64,000 nucleotides of DNA from an uncultured Acidobacteriota bacterium (GTDB lineage: Bacteria > Acidobacteriota > UBA6911 > RPQK01 > JAPXNP01). Within the stretch, counting starts at the first letter, position 1. Each line of letters begins with the position of its first letter. Positions 39,712 to 49,999 of this stretch are shown here, in pieces. The position numbers were made by a program, and so were the translations under genes. The notes beneath the pieces were generated by a model. That model had not been told where the DNA came from, ran no database searches, and worked only from the letters and a program-made list of their open reading frames with translations. The stretch covers positions 448,001-512,000 of the forward strand of contig CAVZRV010000031.1 in NCBI GenBank assembly GCA_963777605.1, written 5' to 3'.

Positions 39712-42700
39712 AATTCTCTCGCCAACGATTGATTCAGATATGCCTCGTTCTGTTAGTGGGCGCCACCAGCCAACTTGGGGCCCAGGTCAAAGTATGGGAA
39801 GAGGACCTGGCGATACCGACCTGGCTTATCGGACCTCCCGAGGTGGACCCCACCTTTTCCTGGAGCTCGTCACGCCAGGAGGTCTATCCCTACCCCTACA
39901 AGGAGACCCTGACCGATGAGCGGGCAGACAAGACCTATCGCGCGTGCTGGCTGGAGAATGATTTCATCAAGGTACTGGTCCTTCCGGAGATCGGTGGTCG
40001 CCTTCATGGGGCCGTTGACAAGACCAACAACTACAACTTCTTCTACTGGCAGCCGACCATTAAGCCAGCGCTCGTAGGGATGACGGGGGCCTGGATCTCC
40101 GGAGGAATCGAGTGGAACTTCCCCCATGGACACCGGCCAACCGGCTTCAGTACGGTGCAGTACCGGCTCGTGGAAAACCCGGACGGATCGAAGACGGTCT
40201 GGGTGGGAGAGCCCGAACTGGTTCAGCGGATGCGCTGGGTGATCGGGCTCACGGTCTACCCGGGCAAAAGTGTCATCGAGGCGAAGGTTCGGCTGATGAA
40301 CCCGACCCCCCTCAGGCAGTCGTTCCAGATGTGGGCGACGACGGCAATGAACACCAACGACCAGTTCCAGGCGATCTTTCCGACCCGGCTCATGACCGGA
40401 CATGGCAAGCACGAGTACTATCACTGGCCGATCAATGACGGCGTGGATATCAGCTGGTGGAAGAACGTCCCCAACGCCGCGAGTTTCTTTGCAGTGGAAC
40501 CGGGCGCATTCTTTGGGGCCTGGGATCATGGGAAACATGCCGGCACTATCATTACCGGGGACCCTTACATCGTAATCGGCAAAAAGTTCTGGACCTGGGG
40601 AACCTCCCCGTCCGGCCGTATCTGGGACACCCTCCTTTCCGACGGCGAAGGCCCCTACCTGGAACCCCAGGCAGGCGCCTATTCGGACAATCAGCCCGAC
40701 TACCACTGGATCGAACCGGGGGAAATCAAGTCCTACAGCCATTTCTTCTTCCCGGTAAGGGACATCGGCCCCTTCAAGATCGCCAACGTGGACGGCGCCC
40801 TCAACCTGGAACTCACTGGTGGCCAGGCCAAAGTCGGAGTCTACTCAACGTCGGTCCAGAAGTCGGCCCGCGTCCTGCTCACGGAACGGGGACGCCAGGT
40901 GCTCAACCGGGTTGTCGATCTCGACCCCGGCAAGACGTTCGTAGAGGAGATTTCTCTGGGTGCGGCGGCTGGCCCTGAGGAGGATTACCGCCTCTCTGTA
41001 ACCAGTTCGGATGGCCGTGAACTGATCGCCTACGCACCCAGGAAACTTCCTCCGGTGGACCTGCCTGAGCCGCTGCCCCCCCTGCAGGAACCCGCAGAGA
41101 TCGGCAGTGCCGACGAACTCTGGCACGCCGGGGACTGGCTCTACAAGTTCAGGGAACCGGAGCGAGCGGAGCAATACTTCGAGGAGGCAGTCCGGCGTGA
41201 CCCGGGTGACTCCCGCTCGCGGATTTCACTTGCCGAACTCGCCATCAAGCGGATGGACTACGAGTCCGCCCTCAACCACCTCGCCTTCGCGGAGAAGCGC
41301 GATCCGGACAACGGCCGGCTCTTCTATCTGAAGGGAATGGCGCTCGAGGGGGCCAAACAAGACGATGACGCCTACAAGGCATACTACCGGGCGGTTCACT
41401 TCGAGGACTACCTGGACCGGGCCTATGAACGGCTGGCGACGATCAACATGCGGCGGGGCAATGCCGCAGAAGCCGCCCGGCAAATGGAACTGGCCTTGAA
41501 CCAGAATGCCCTGAACCCACAGTACTGGGCGCTGCTCGCGACCGCGCAGCGGGTCAACGGTGACCACGTCGCGGCGCTCGATTCAGCCGAGGAGTGCCTG
41601 AAGATCGATCCTCTCAACGCCTGGGGTGCGAGTGAAAAGGGTAAGGCCCTGACTGCAGCCGGCAGATCGGATCAAGAGATGCGCGCCCTCGTCCGCCACC
41701 TGCTTCACGACGCGCAAACCTCGCTCGAGTTTGCCGTTGACTACTCCAATGCCGGACGGTACGAGGAAGCCCTCGAAATGCTCGACGGAGGAGAGGAGAA
41801 TGCCCTCGTCCTCTACTACCGCGGATTCTTCGCTGACCGTGCTGGAGACGAGGACGCCGCCACCAAGCTTTTCGGACGGGCCCGCACGGCCAACGTCGAC
41901 TATTCTTTTGCCTTCCGCCCGGAGGCCATCGACGTCTTCGAAACTGCCCTCGAATATGCCCCCAGCGACGGCAAGGCCCGTTACTTCGAGGGACTCGTCT
42001 ACGCCAAGGTTGCCCGGATCGACCGTGCAATCGACGCATGGAAGGAATCGACGCGGCTCGACCCTCAGAACGCCCGCGCCTGGCGGGACCTGGGACTGGC
42101 TCTCTCACACGGTGACGACCTGAAACAGTCCGAGGAGTGCTACTACCGGGCACTCGAACTCGACCCCAAGGACTCGAGAATCCTCCTGGAACTCGACCGG
42201 GTGCGCGAGGATCTGGGAGACTCGGATGCCGATCGCCTGGCCTTTCTCGAGGAACACCTTGAAACCGTGAAGACCCGAGATGCCCTGGTCGGAACCCTGA
42301 GTGACCTGCTCGTCAAGTCGGGCCGGTATGCCGAAGCACTGCCCTACCTCCAGAACCACCACTTCCACAGCTGGGAGGGCGGCTACTCGATCCACAACGT
42401 CTACATGGAAGCCACCATGGGGATGGCTCGGCAGGCTTCCAGCCCCGAAAAGGCGCTGGAGTATTACAAGCTCGCGGACAAGTATCCCGCCAACCTGGAG
42501 GTTGCGCCCCGGGAACCCAACCTTCGAGGGATTTCTCTACTACCCGATGGCGCTGCTCTACAAGGAAACCGGCAATACCGCGGAGGCCGAGAAACTGCTC
42601 CGGATCACCGCCGGCGAAGCCAGCAACATTCCGACTCTGGGCACGTACTATCGTGCGATGGCGCTGCGTGAACTGGGCGAGAAGGAACAGGCCGGCGAAC

Positions 42701-42942
42701 TTCTGGGCCGACTGGAATCGGAAGCGCACCTGCTGATTCAAGGAGAGTCAAAGAATTACCTCCGAATGGGCGAAAGGCGGCAGGAGGCCTTCGGCCACCT
42801 CTTCCTTTCCAAGGTCTACGAGGCGACCGGCAAGTCCGGCGAAGCGGAAAAGGAACTGGCCGCCGCCCGCGACCTCGTCCGGGACATCCAGCGGCAGGCT
42901 CTAATGAACGCCCAGATCGTCTTCGCCCAGGCAAGCCAGTAG
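39708..42942 (+). CDS. DUF5107-domain plus TPR protein; frameshift near 42530
   Basis: VYPYP, LENDFIKVLVLPEIGGRL, IKPALVGMTGAWISGGIEWNFP..HRP and GKKFWTWG, followed by TPRs. ORFs 39708..42671 and 42301..42942 join at CGAGGGATTT. Confidence 0.88.
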
Positions 42943-42949
42943 ACATTTG

Positions 42950-43460
42950 CGAACTACGAGCTACGAATTACGATTTCTTTGAGGTGCGGGAGCGAAAGAT
43001 TCCGCTTTGGTCCACCTCCGAGCGCGCGTGGATTTGGGGTTCCGAGGTTCCGGGTTCCGGGGGTTGAGGTTCCGGGTTTCGAGGTTCCGGGGGTTGAGCC
43101 CCGCTTGACGCGGGACTCCGGTGCCGCTTCACGAATCCGCCTCACCTGGGTCCTCGGGCACCACTCCGAACCGAGTCCCGCCCGCGCCGAAGCGGAAGCG
43201 GAAATCGAGAAATACGAACCCGAACCTCAAAACCGAAATGCGAGCTGCAAAATCCGGCCACCACCAAGACCAGCCCCGTGCAGGGACGGCATTGGAGCCC
43301 AGAAACATGAAACCGAAATGCGTGTTGCGAAATCTGGCTCTCGCCACCGGACCAGCCCCGTCCAGGGGCGGCATCGAAGTAGCCCAGGATGAAGCGAAGC
43401 GGAATCCTGGGTCCTCGGCAAACCACCCCACCGAGTCCCGCCACGCGGGACGGCATGACC
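42950..43460. repeat. Intergenic repeat cluster: heptamer tandems and REP-like palindromes
   Basis: (CTACGAR)n near 42950, a degenerate REP GTGCGGGAGCGAAAGATTCCGCTTT at 42984, (GGTTCCG)-like tandems at 43036-43098, and the palindromes AGCCCCGTCCAGGGGC, CCCAGGAT...ATCCTGGG and TCCCGCCACGCGGGA. Confidence 0.65.
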
Positions 43461-43609
43461 CGATGGCACCTGGGGTCCCCGGAATCAGTTCGGATCTCGA
43501 TCTGCCGCCTCAGGTCCAGATTCAAGATGGACTGGCCAGGTCCTTATCTGGGGAGTTTCCTCCCTGAACGGAGAACCATTTCCGGGTCTCCGGCTACTTC
43601 ATGCCGCCC

Positions 43610-45508
43610 TCAGGGCTGGGTTCCCTCTCCCATCCTCCGACTAAGCTTCTCGATGGCCTGGCCGGTGGTGATGCGGGCTCGCTCCCAGTCGGAGGGGTTG
43701 TTTTTCCAGATCTCGGTGTCGAGCATTGCCTTTTCGCCGAAGGGGTTCTTGTAGACAATGGAATCGACCAACTCGTTGGCCTTCTCCTTTGAACCAGCCA
43801 GTTCGCCAAGCAGGTGGAAATACTCGTAGTCCTGTAACCCCCTTCGCGTCGCTTTGAGCCGGATACTGGGGATCGGCTCGTCGTAATTCATCACCACGCC
43901 CCGGTAGATCAGTTGACCTGAGCCGTTGTAGTAGCGCCCGATCTCCTTGAAATTCTCGGCTTCGTACCAGGCCGCATAGGCGTTCCAGTCGAATTCCCAC
44001 TCAACGTAGCCGGTCTGGTACTTCCAGCCAATCCAGCCGATGGCCCGGTTGATGTTCAGGTCGAGATCCAGGAAGGTGTTGGAGCCGCAACCGGAGTTGC
44101 GGCGCTGCTCATAGATCATGGGCCCGTAAAACCAGACCTTCATTCCGCGGTCCTGGAAGTGGCGAACGGTGGGAAGGTCGAAGGCGACGGTGTGGCAGAC
44201 CCAGAGATCGACCTCGCGTGACAGTTGATCCATCGCATCCCTCGAGTAGCCCCCGTCAATGCGGTAGGAGAACCAGTCGCGTCCCATGCCCTCGTGCAGG
44301 AGCCGGCCGTAGTAGAGCATCTGCTCGTAGGCCTTTTCGAAATAAGACTCATCGAGGCCGTTCAGAAACGCAACCTTCATGATGCCCGACCACGCGGGGT
44401 GGGTCTCGAAGTGGGACCGGAACTGGCGTCCGACCTCTTTCCAAACCGCTTCGTATTCCGGCGTGCGCCCGCCCTGCGGCAGGGGCACCGGCCAGGCGCC
44501 TCCAGGGTGCTTCTCGCTCTCTACGTTGAACGGGAGCATGATGTGGTGAAGCGGAATCCCCTTTCCCGGGCCCCAGTAGCCGTAGCGCCCGGTGAAGGCC
44601 GACCCGTCAAGATACGGCCCCACATGCCGGTCGTAGTCGGTCCAGTCCATCGTCACCTTCGTCCCGTCCACACTGAGTTCAGGGCGATAGGCGTAAATCA
44701 GGGGGAGCATCCGATGGCGCCGGGCCATCTGGTAGTAAGCCATCTCCTCGGACGGGGGCATCTGCCGCATCGATCCGTTCCACCAGTCCCCGGGAAGATG
44801 GCTCTCGTCCGGGAGTGCGAAGTTCCAGACATCCAGGTGAACGGGAATCGTCTCGGACCCGCCCTTCCAGGAGACCGTCACCTCTCCTGAATAGCGTCCC
44901 GACGGTGCTTCCTGTTCCGCAGCCGGAACGTAAATATCGACCCAGACGGCGTGCGCCCGCTGGTTCGGGATGTTGTTGTGGATGTCGGGAATTGAGAACG
45001 GAAAGCCCGGAAAAAGTCCAGCCCGACGCTTCGGAAGGAGCGCATCCGCGTACCAGCCAGGTCCGAGAGAAGAAGCCTCGTAACCTTGCGACGGCCGGCG
45101 TACTTCGACGTACCACTCCTTGAACAACCGAACGCTGTTTCCGGAAAGTTTCACCCCCGAACCATGGGTCAGACCGCTCATGGAAACGTCCACGCCCTCG
45201 ACCGGTTCGTCGGTCTCGATGATCACCTGGAAGGCGACGAACTCGTTGCGGGCTGAATGAAGCGTGACCGCACGGGACTTCCGGTCCCAGACGAGGTTGA
45301 GCTGCCGGTAGTCCTGAAGGGGATAGTCGGGATGAATATCGGTTCGATCCTGCACGAGAACCCTTCCCGAAACGGGGTCCACGCGAACGGTGTCCTCAAC
45401 CGCCCAGACGCTGACGGCCGCTGCCGCCGATTCTGCGCCCAGGAACAGCAATAAGGGGAACAGACAGAATAAAGGGCCAGCTCCATGGCAGCAGATCCGA
45501 CGCGACAC
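43610..45508 (-). CDS. DUF4091 / GH123-like secreted protein
   Basis: Signal peptide; LHSARNEFVAFQV, VWVDIYVP, GLDES dyad, NGSGQLIY and PSIRLKATRRGLQDYEY. Confidence 0.8.
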   Translation of the reverse strand: MSRRICCHGAGPLFCLFPLLLFLGAESAAAAVSVWAVEDTVRVDPVSGRVLVQDRTDIHPDYPLQDYRQLNLVWDRKSRAVTLHSARNEFVAFQVIIETDEPVEGVDVSMSGLTHGSGVKLSGNSVRLFKEWYVEVRRPSQGYEASSLGPGWYADALLPKRRAGLFPGFPFSIPDIHNNIPNQRAHAVWVDIYVPAAEQEAPSGRYSGEVTVSWKGGSETIPVHLDVWNFALPDESHLPGDWWNGSMRQMPPSEEMAYYQMARRHRMLPLIYAYRPELSVDGTKVTMDWTDYDRHVGPYLDGSAFTGRYGYWGPGKGIPLHHIMLPFNVESEKHPGGAWPVPLPQGGRTPEYEAVWKEVGRQFRSHFETHPAWSGIMKVAFLNGLDESYFEKAYEQMLYYGRLLHEGMGRDWFSYRIDGGYSRDAMDQLSREVDLWVCHTVAFDLPTVRHFQDRGMKVWFYGPMIYEQRRNSGCGSNTFLDLDLNINRAIGWIGWKYQTGYVEWEFDWNAYAAWYEAENFKEIGRYYNGSGQLIYRGVVMNYDEPIPSIRLKATRRGLQDYEYFHLLGELAGSKEKANELVDSIVYKNPFGEKAMLDTEIWKNNPSDWERARITTGQAIEKLSRRMGEGTQP

Positions 45509-45576
45509 AATGCACCTCCGATTGTCCGAGACTTGCTAAGCCCCAGGCAGCCCTTAAAATGAACCGGCCAGCCGGA

Positions 45577-45698
45577 GGCAACGGAAGCTTTCGCTTCCTC
45601 ACTACGATCGCGGGGTGTCCATGTCCTGGAAAAAGCGGAACCTTTCGATTCCGCACTCCAAGACACAAATCACAAGACACAAGACACAAATCACAAAT
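45577..45698. repeat. REP module (same family as the RAYT flanks) plus heptamer tandem
   Basis: GGCAACGGAAGCTTTCGCTTCCT...AAAAGCGGAACCTTTCGATTCCGCACTCCA is the reverse complement of the module at 51330-51412, followed by (CAAGACA/CAAATCA)n. Confidence 0.75.
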
Positions 45699-45715
45699 GC
45701 CACTCTATTGCCACT

Positions 45716-46780
45716 CTATCGTCCTCGTTTTACCCCGTAGGGTGAGGCTTCCGGGCTATTTCTCAGTTCCTGAAAACGGGCAAAGGCCTGTTTCGACTTG
45801 TCTTTCTCTCCGACCGCCTGGTAGTAGCGGCCCAGGAGGTAGAAGGCTTCGGTGTAGCCGGGGTCAAGCTTAACTGCCTGGAGGAGTTCTTCTTCCACTT
45901 CACCCGTCGGAGCTTCCTTCATCAGGGCAGTGGCGTACTTGTAGCGACTGTAGGGAAGATTCGGGTCGTTGCGAACCCCCTGGTAGAGCCATCCCAGACC
46001 CGCATCGTAGTCCCCCTCGGTGATCAGCAAGTCTCCCAGGTCCGAGAATGGCCAGCCGTAGTTCACCTTCTGCGACTGGATCACCTGGATCGATTTCCGG
46101 TAACTCTCTTTGGCGGCTTCCAGGTTACCCTGCGCCTGCTGGCACCACCCCAGGAAATAGAGGGCCTTGTAGTGAGTCGGATCAAGTTGCGTGGCCTTTT
46201 CCAGCGCGGCCAGCCCTTGGGTGAACTGCTGGTTCTCGTAGTACCAGCGCCCCAGATGGTAGTAGGCGTCAGCATTCGTCGGGTCATGTTCGAGGAGCGA
46301 TTTCAGGTCGGCAATATAGCCATCATAGTTCTCCAGCATGAAGCGGGAAAAGGCCCGAATGCGGTAGGCCTCGGAACTGTCCGGGCTCGACTTGATGACC
46401 TCGTCGGCCAGTTTTTCCGACTCTTCGAACTGGGCCCGGTGAAACGCCACCGCTGCCGCTACCATCAGGACCTGGGAATCGTTAGGGAACTGCACGCGAG
46501 CGGTATCCGCTTGCTCGCCCGCCTCCTCACCACGTCCAAGCCGCATCAGGAGGTCCACCAGGACGAGGCGGGGATTCTTGAGTAACGGGTTCTTGTCGAG
46601 GACCTGCTTCAGCAGGTCGACCGCCACGCTCAGCTTGCCCGCATCGATTGCCGACTGGGCCTGAGCGAGCAGGTCAGGGTTCGAAGGGGACCCAAGGGAT
46701 GGTGCTTCCTGAGCCCGCGAAACGGCGATGACAGATATCAAGGCGAGCACTGCGAAAATTGAGACGTGCTTAATACTCAT
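45716..46780 (-). CDS. Secreted TPR-repeat protein
   Basis: Signal peptide from MSIKHV and multiple TPRs (DPTNADAYYHLG, LDPTHYKALYFLG, LDPGYTEAFYLLG). Confidence 0.85.
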   Translation of the reverse strand: MSIKHVSIFAVLALISVIAVSRAQEAPSLGSPSNPDLLAQAQSAIDAGKLSVAVDLLKQVLDKNPLLKNPRLVLVDLLMRLGRGEEAGEQADTARVQFPNDSQVLMVAAAVAFHRAQFEESEKLADEVIKSSPDSSEAYRIRAFSRFMLENYDGYIADLKSLLEHDPTNADAYYHLGRWYYENQQFTQGLAALEKATQLDPTHYKALYFLGWCQQAQGNLEAAKESYRKSIQVIQSQKVNYGWPFSDLGDLLITEGDYDAGLGWLYQGVRNDPNLPYSRYKYATALMKEAPTGEVEEELLQAVKLDPGYTEAFYLLGRYYQAVGEKDKSKQAFARFQELRNSPEASPYGVKRGR

Positions 46781-46969
46781 CTCACTTACCCTGGCCGAAT
46801 TGGGCCAGATTCCACAGCCCGGGTTGAGGCGAAGCGCCAGCCGGGGCTGTTCTTGAACGAAGCCGAAGGTCGGCGGCCTGCAGGGGAGCGACAAATCCAT
46901 CGCAAAATAATCGCACACCCTGATGGATGCCGGACATTTTCGACCAACTGATCTATTCTACTCTCCCAG

Positions 46970-48750
46970 TCACTTGGCAAGTTCCTCGAGCCGGAGGGCC
47001 ATTTTCTCTCGCGCCCGGTAGAGCTCTTCCCGATTTCTCGAGAACGCCGAGACATCCACGACCATGCCCTTGGCGATCTCTCCGGCGAAATCCCCTTCCC
47101 CATACTTCTCGAGCAACTTCAGGTATTCGTAGTCCTCGATTCCCTCCCGAAGCAGTTCGAAACGGATCGAAGAAACCGGCCCGTCGACGTCATCCTGGCC
47201 CGTGTAGCGGTGAACCCGGTCTCCGGGATAGAGCAGGGAACCTTCCCCGTTGAGGACCCAACCTTCGCTGCAGAGAAAGCCGCTCAGGTAGGTCACCGGG
47301 TCGATCCAGGGGTCCGGAGTCTGGGGCCAGTAGTTCACCGCCCAGTAGAGGATCCCGTTCATCCCGTAGCGATAGGTGATCCACGGCACCATGACCGGGT
47401 CCATGGCGGGTGCGTCGATGAAGTAGTTGGGCTGTGGATAGACCTGGTCGCAGGAAATGTACCAGGAGATTTCCGCACCTTCCTTCTGCTGCTGCCGGAT
47501 CACATCCTTCAATTCGGGGCTGTTCAACTTGTTGCCGTGAATCGAAAACGCATTCGCATACCCGGTCAGCGTGCCCCACTCGGGGTCGTCCGGGATGGGG
47601 GATTCCGTCACCAGGAACCGGGCATCCGGATAGGCCTCGCGAACGAGTTCCGCCCACCGTCGAGTCTCCTCGTAGGCGGCACGCGTATTGGGTTCGTCGA
47701 TCGGACTGTTGAAGATCAGCCGGTCCAGCCAACCGTGCGATCGAAAATAGGACGCGACCTGGGAGACGTACTGTTTCACACGCGACGCCGCCTCATCCGA
47801 CCAGGGATCGTCCCGAATTCCTTTCATCAAGTTCCCGGGGACCGCTTCGAAGACCACCCGTTTTGTTTTCCAGACCACCATGTACTGCTGATACAGTTCA
47901 TCGTCGAAATGGAGATCGATTCGCCCCGCCGGGCCGACTTCGATTTCCGGCTGAAGGAGTGGGTTGAACCAGGGTTCCATCCGGTTCTCGAACAGAATCC
48001 GATGGTACCGCTTCAATACTTCCCGCTCGTCCTCGCCCCGATGGATAACCTCGCAACCAGCCCTCGCCGACTCCCATGAACGTCAGCAGGTGGGTCTCCT
48101 CGGGCAGGGAAAAACCGTAGACCTTCAACAGGACAGTGATCCGGCCGGCGAGTTGGCCGTCGTGGAGCAGCCGGACTTCACCGCGGTAGTTACCGGGCGG
48201 CGTGTCGGCAGGAATCGAGAGGTCGACCCAGAGTGGGCGGTTTCTGACCGCCGAACGGAAAGGAGCGGTCATGTCGAAGGATCGGCTGAGGGGAACCAGG
48301 GCGTCCGGCCAGAACCCGGTCTTGCCCACGGGACTGGAGGCCGCGTAAACGAGGAGAGGATATTCGAGAAACACCTGTAGTCGATCGGTCGCGATTGCCC
48401 CGGCTGACCCTTCGAGAGCGGAAACCTCCACGTCGAAGCCGGATGCCACTTTCTGATAGCGGGGCTGAGCGTGGGGGTGGAACCGTGACCACCACCTGGA
48501 AGGGGACATGTTCTCCAGCCGCTCCCGCCAGCCGGACAGTCCGGTCGCTCGATGACCAGACCAGGTTCTCCGACTCTACCCGATCATCGGGAAGGACTTT
48601 CTGGAGGTCCGGGACGGCCCAGAACTGGATCTCGTCGAGAGACTGGGGGAAGAGCAGGCCGAAGCTCCCCCCCACCGCTATCAGAAGTGCCAACACACGC
48701 TTTCCGCCGACTCCGCCGGCCCGGCCCAACGTGGAAACAATACCCCTCAT
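46970..48750 (-). CDS. DUF4091 / GH123-like secreted protein; frameshifts near 48475 and 48040
   Basis: Three consecutive ORFs supply VRLAGAAGEHVPFQVV, then WPDALVP...PLWVDLSIP.DTPPG.YRG, then PIDEP...GILYW...NGEGSLLYPG...SSIRFELLREGIEDYEY. Confidence 0.8.
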
Positions 48751-48850
48751 CACTGCCCCTTTCTGGTTCCAATTCCAAACGTCAAATCACAGGATTCGCT
48801 CACCCGGACCACCAGGATGACAGCACAGCCATTCCATACCCGATAACTCC

Positions 48851-49909
48851 TCAATCCTTTCCGGGTGGAGCCCCTGGAACCGACTTGAACATCAACCTGC
48901 GCTGATCCTGTTGCACCATTCCCGCGTAGAGCGAGCGCGCCTGTTTCAGAATGGCCATACCTTCGTCCCGCCGTCCTCCACGAATCAGCAACTGCCCCAA
49001 AGCCAGCGAGTACTTCGGCCGGCTCGCATCCAGTTCGATCGCTTGCCGATAGGCCTTTTCGGCCTCGCCGTTGCGGGCCAGCTTCTCCAGGCAACCGCCC
49101 TTCTCGTAGAAGGCATCGGAGTTGTTTGAGCCCGGCCCGGCGGCCTTCTCCAAATCGTTCAGGGCCCGGTCAAAATCTCCCAGCCCCTTGAGCGCCAGAC
49201 CCCTGAAGTATCGCCCTTCCGGGCTGTCTTCCCGAGCGAGGTGCAAGTCCAGCGCTTCCAAAGCCTCCTCGTCGCGTCCCATAGTCTCGAGAACGATGCC
49301 ACGATGCAATTCAACACCGGGATAGTCGGGCCGGATGCCCCGCACCCGATCGAAAACCTCCAGCGATTCACCCGACTGCTTCAGGTTGTAGAGAACTCTC
49401 CCGAGGTTCATCAGGGCATCACAGTTGGTCGGTTCGAGAGCAACAACACGCCTCAGATCCCGTTCGGCGCCCAGATTGTCACCCTCGTCGAGCCGACTCG
49501 TACCCCTCAGGAGAAGGGCTTGTGCCAGGTTCTCCCGGATTGCGGAATCTTCGGGCCAGCGATCGAACGCCGACTCAAAGACTTGGACCGCGGATTCGAT
49601 ATCGCCCTTCTTGGCAGCCAGGATTCCAGCCGTCAGGTAAAACCTGCGTTCGGCCGGGAACCGGTCAATCCCACGTTTTGCGACCCGGTAAAGATCGTCG
49701 TCCCGACCCAGCAACTGGTAGACGGCACAGAGGCGCAAGTACCAGTTCAGATCGGACGGGTGCGCAACGACACATTGTTCCAGGAGACCGGCAGCACCGG
49801 AAAGGTCACCGGTCGAGTAGGCTTCGGAGGCCGCTTTGCAGGGATCCGGCCCTCCCTGAGCGACCAACAGCATCAAGCACGCGCCAGCGATCGGGAGCAT
49901 TGCCACCAT
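48851..49909 (-). CDS. Secreted TPR-repeat protein
   Basis: Hydrophobic N-terminus and TPRs (ALMNLGRVLY, DAFYEKGGCL, AYRQAIELD). Start uncertain. Confidence 0.8.
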   Translation of the reverse strand: MVAMLPIAGACLMLLVAQGGPDPCKAASEAYSTGDLSGAAGLLEQCVVAHPSDLNWYLRLCAVYQLLGRDDDLYRVAKRGIDRFPAERRFYLTAGILAAKKGDIESAVQVFESAFDRWPEDSAIRENLAQALLLRGTSRLDEGDNLGAERDLRRVVALEPTNCDALMNLGRVLYNLKQSGESLEVFDRVRGIRPDYPGVELHRGIVLETMGRDEEALEALDLHLAREDSPEGRYFRGLALKGLGDFDRALNDLEKAAGPGSNNSDAFYEKGGCLEKLARNGEAEKAYRQAIELDASRPKYSLALGQLLIRGGRRDEGMAILKQARSLYAGMVQQDQRRLMFKSVPGAPPGKD

Positions 49910-49999
49910 TCTAAGCCTTCCCGACAAGCGGATAAAGACATCGGAGGCTCGACACGGCGCCCGACTCGGGGTACAAATGCACCATACAGGAGGCATTCC

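Noticed and set aside
42954-43567. Several short ORFs with repetitive peptides (PGTS/VPG)
   Set aside because: These are translations of heptamer and palindromic repeats, with no RBS or protein motifs.
49241-49999. 253-aa N-terminal extension of the 672-aa ORF
   Set aside because: It overlaps the opposite-strand TPR gene; the RBS and signal peptide point to the ATG at 50000.
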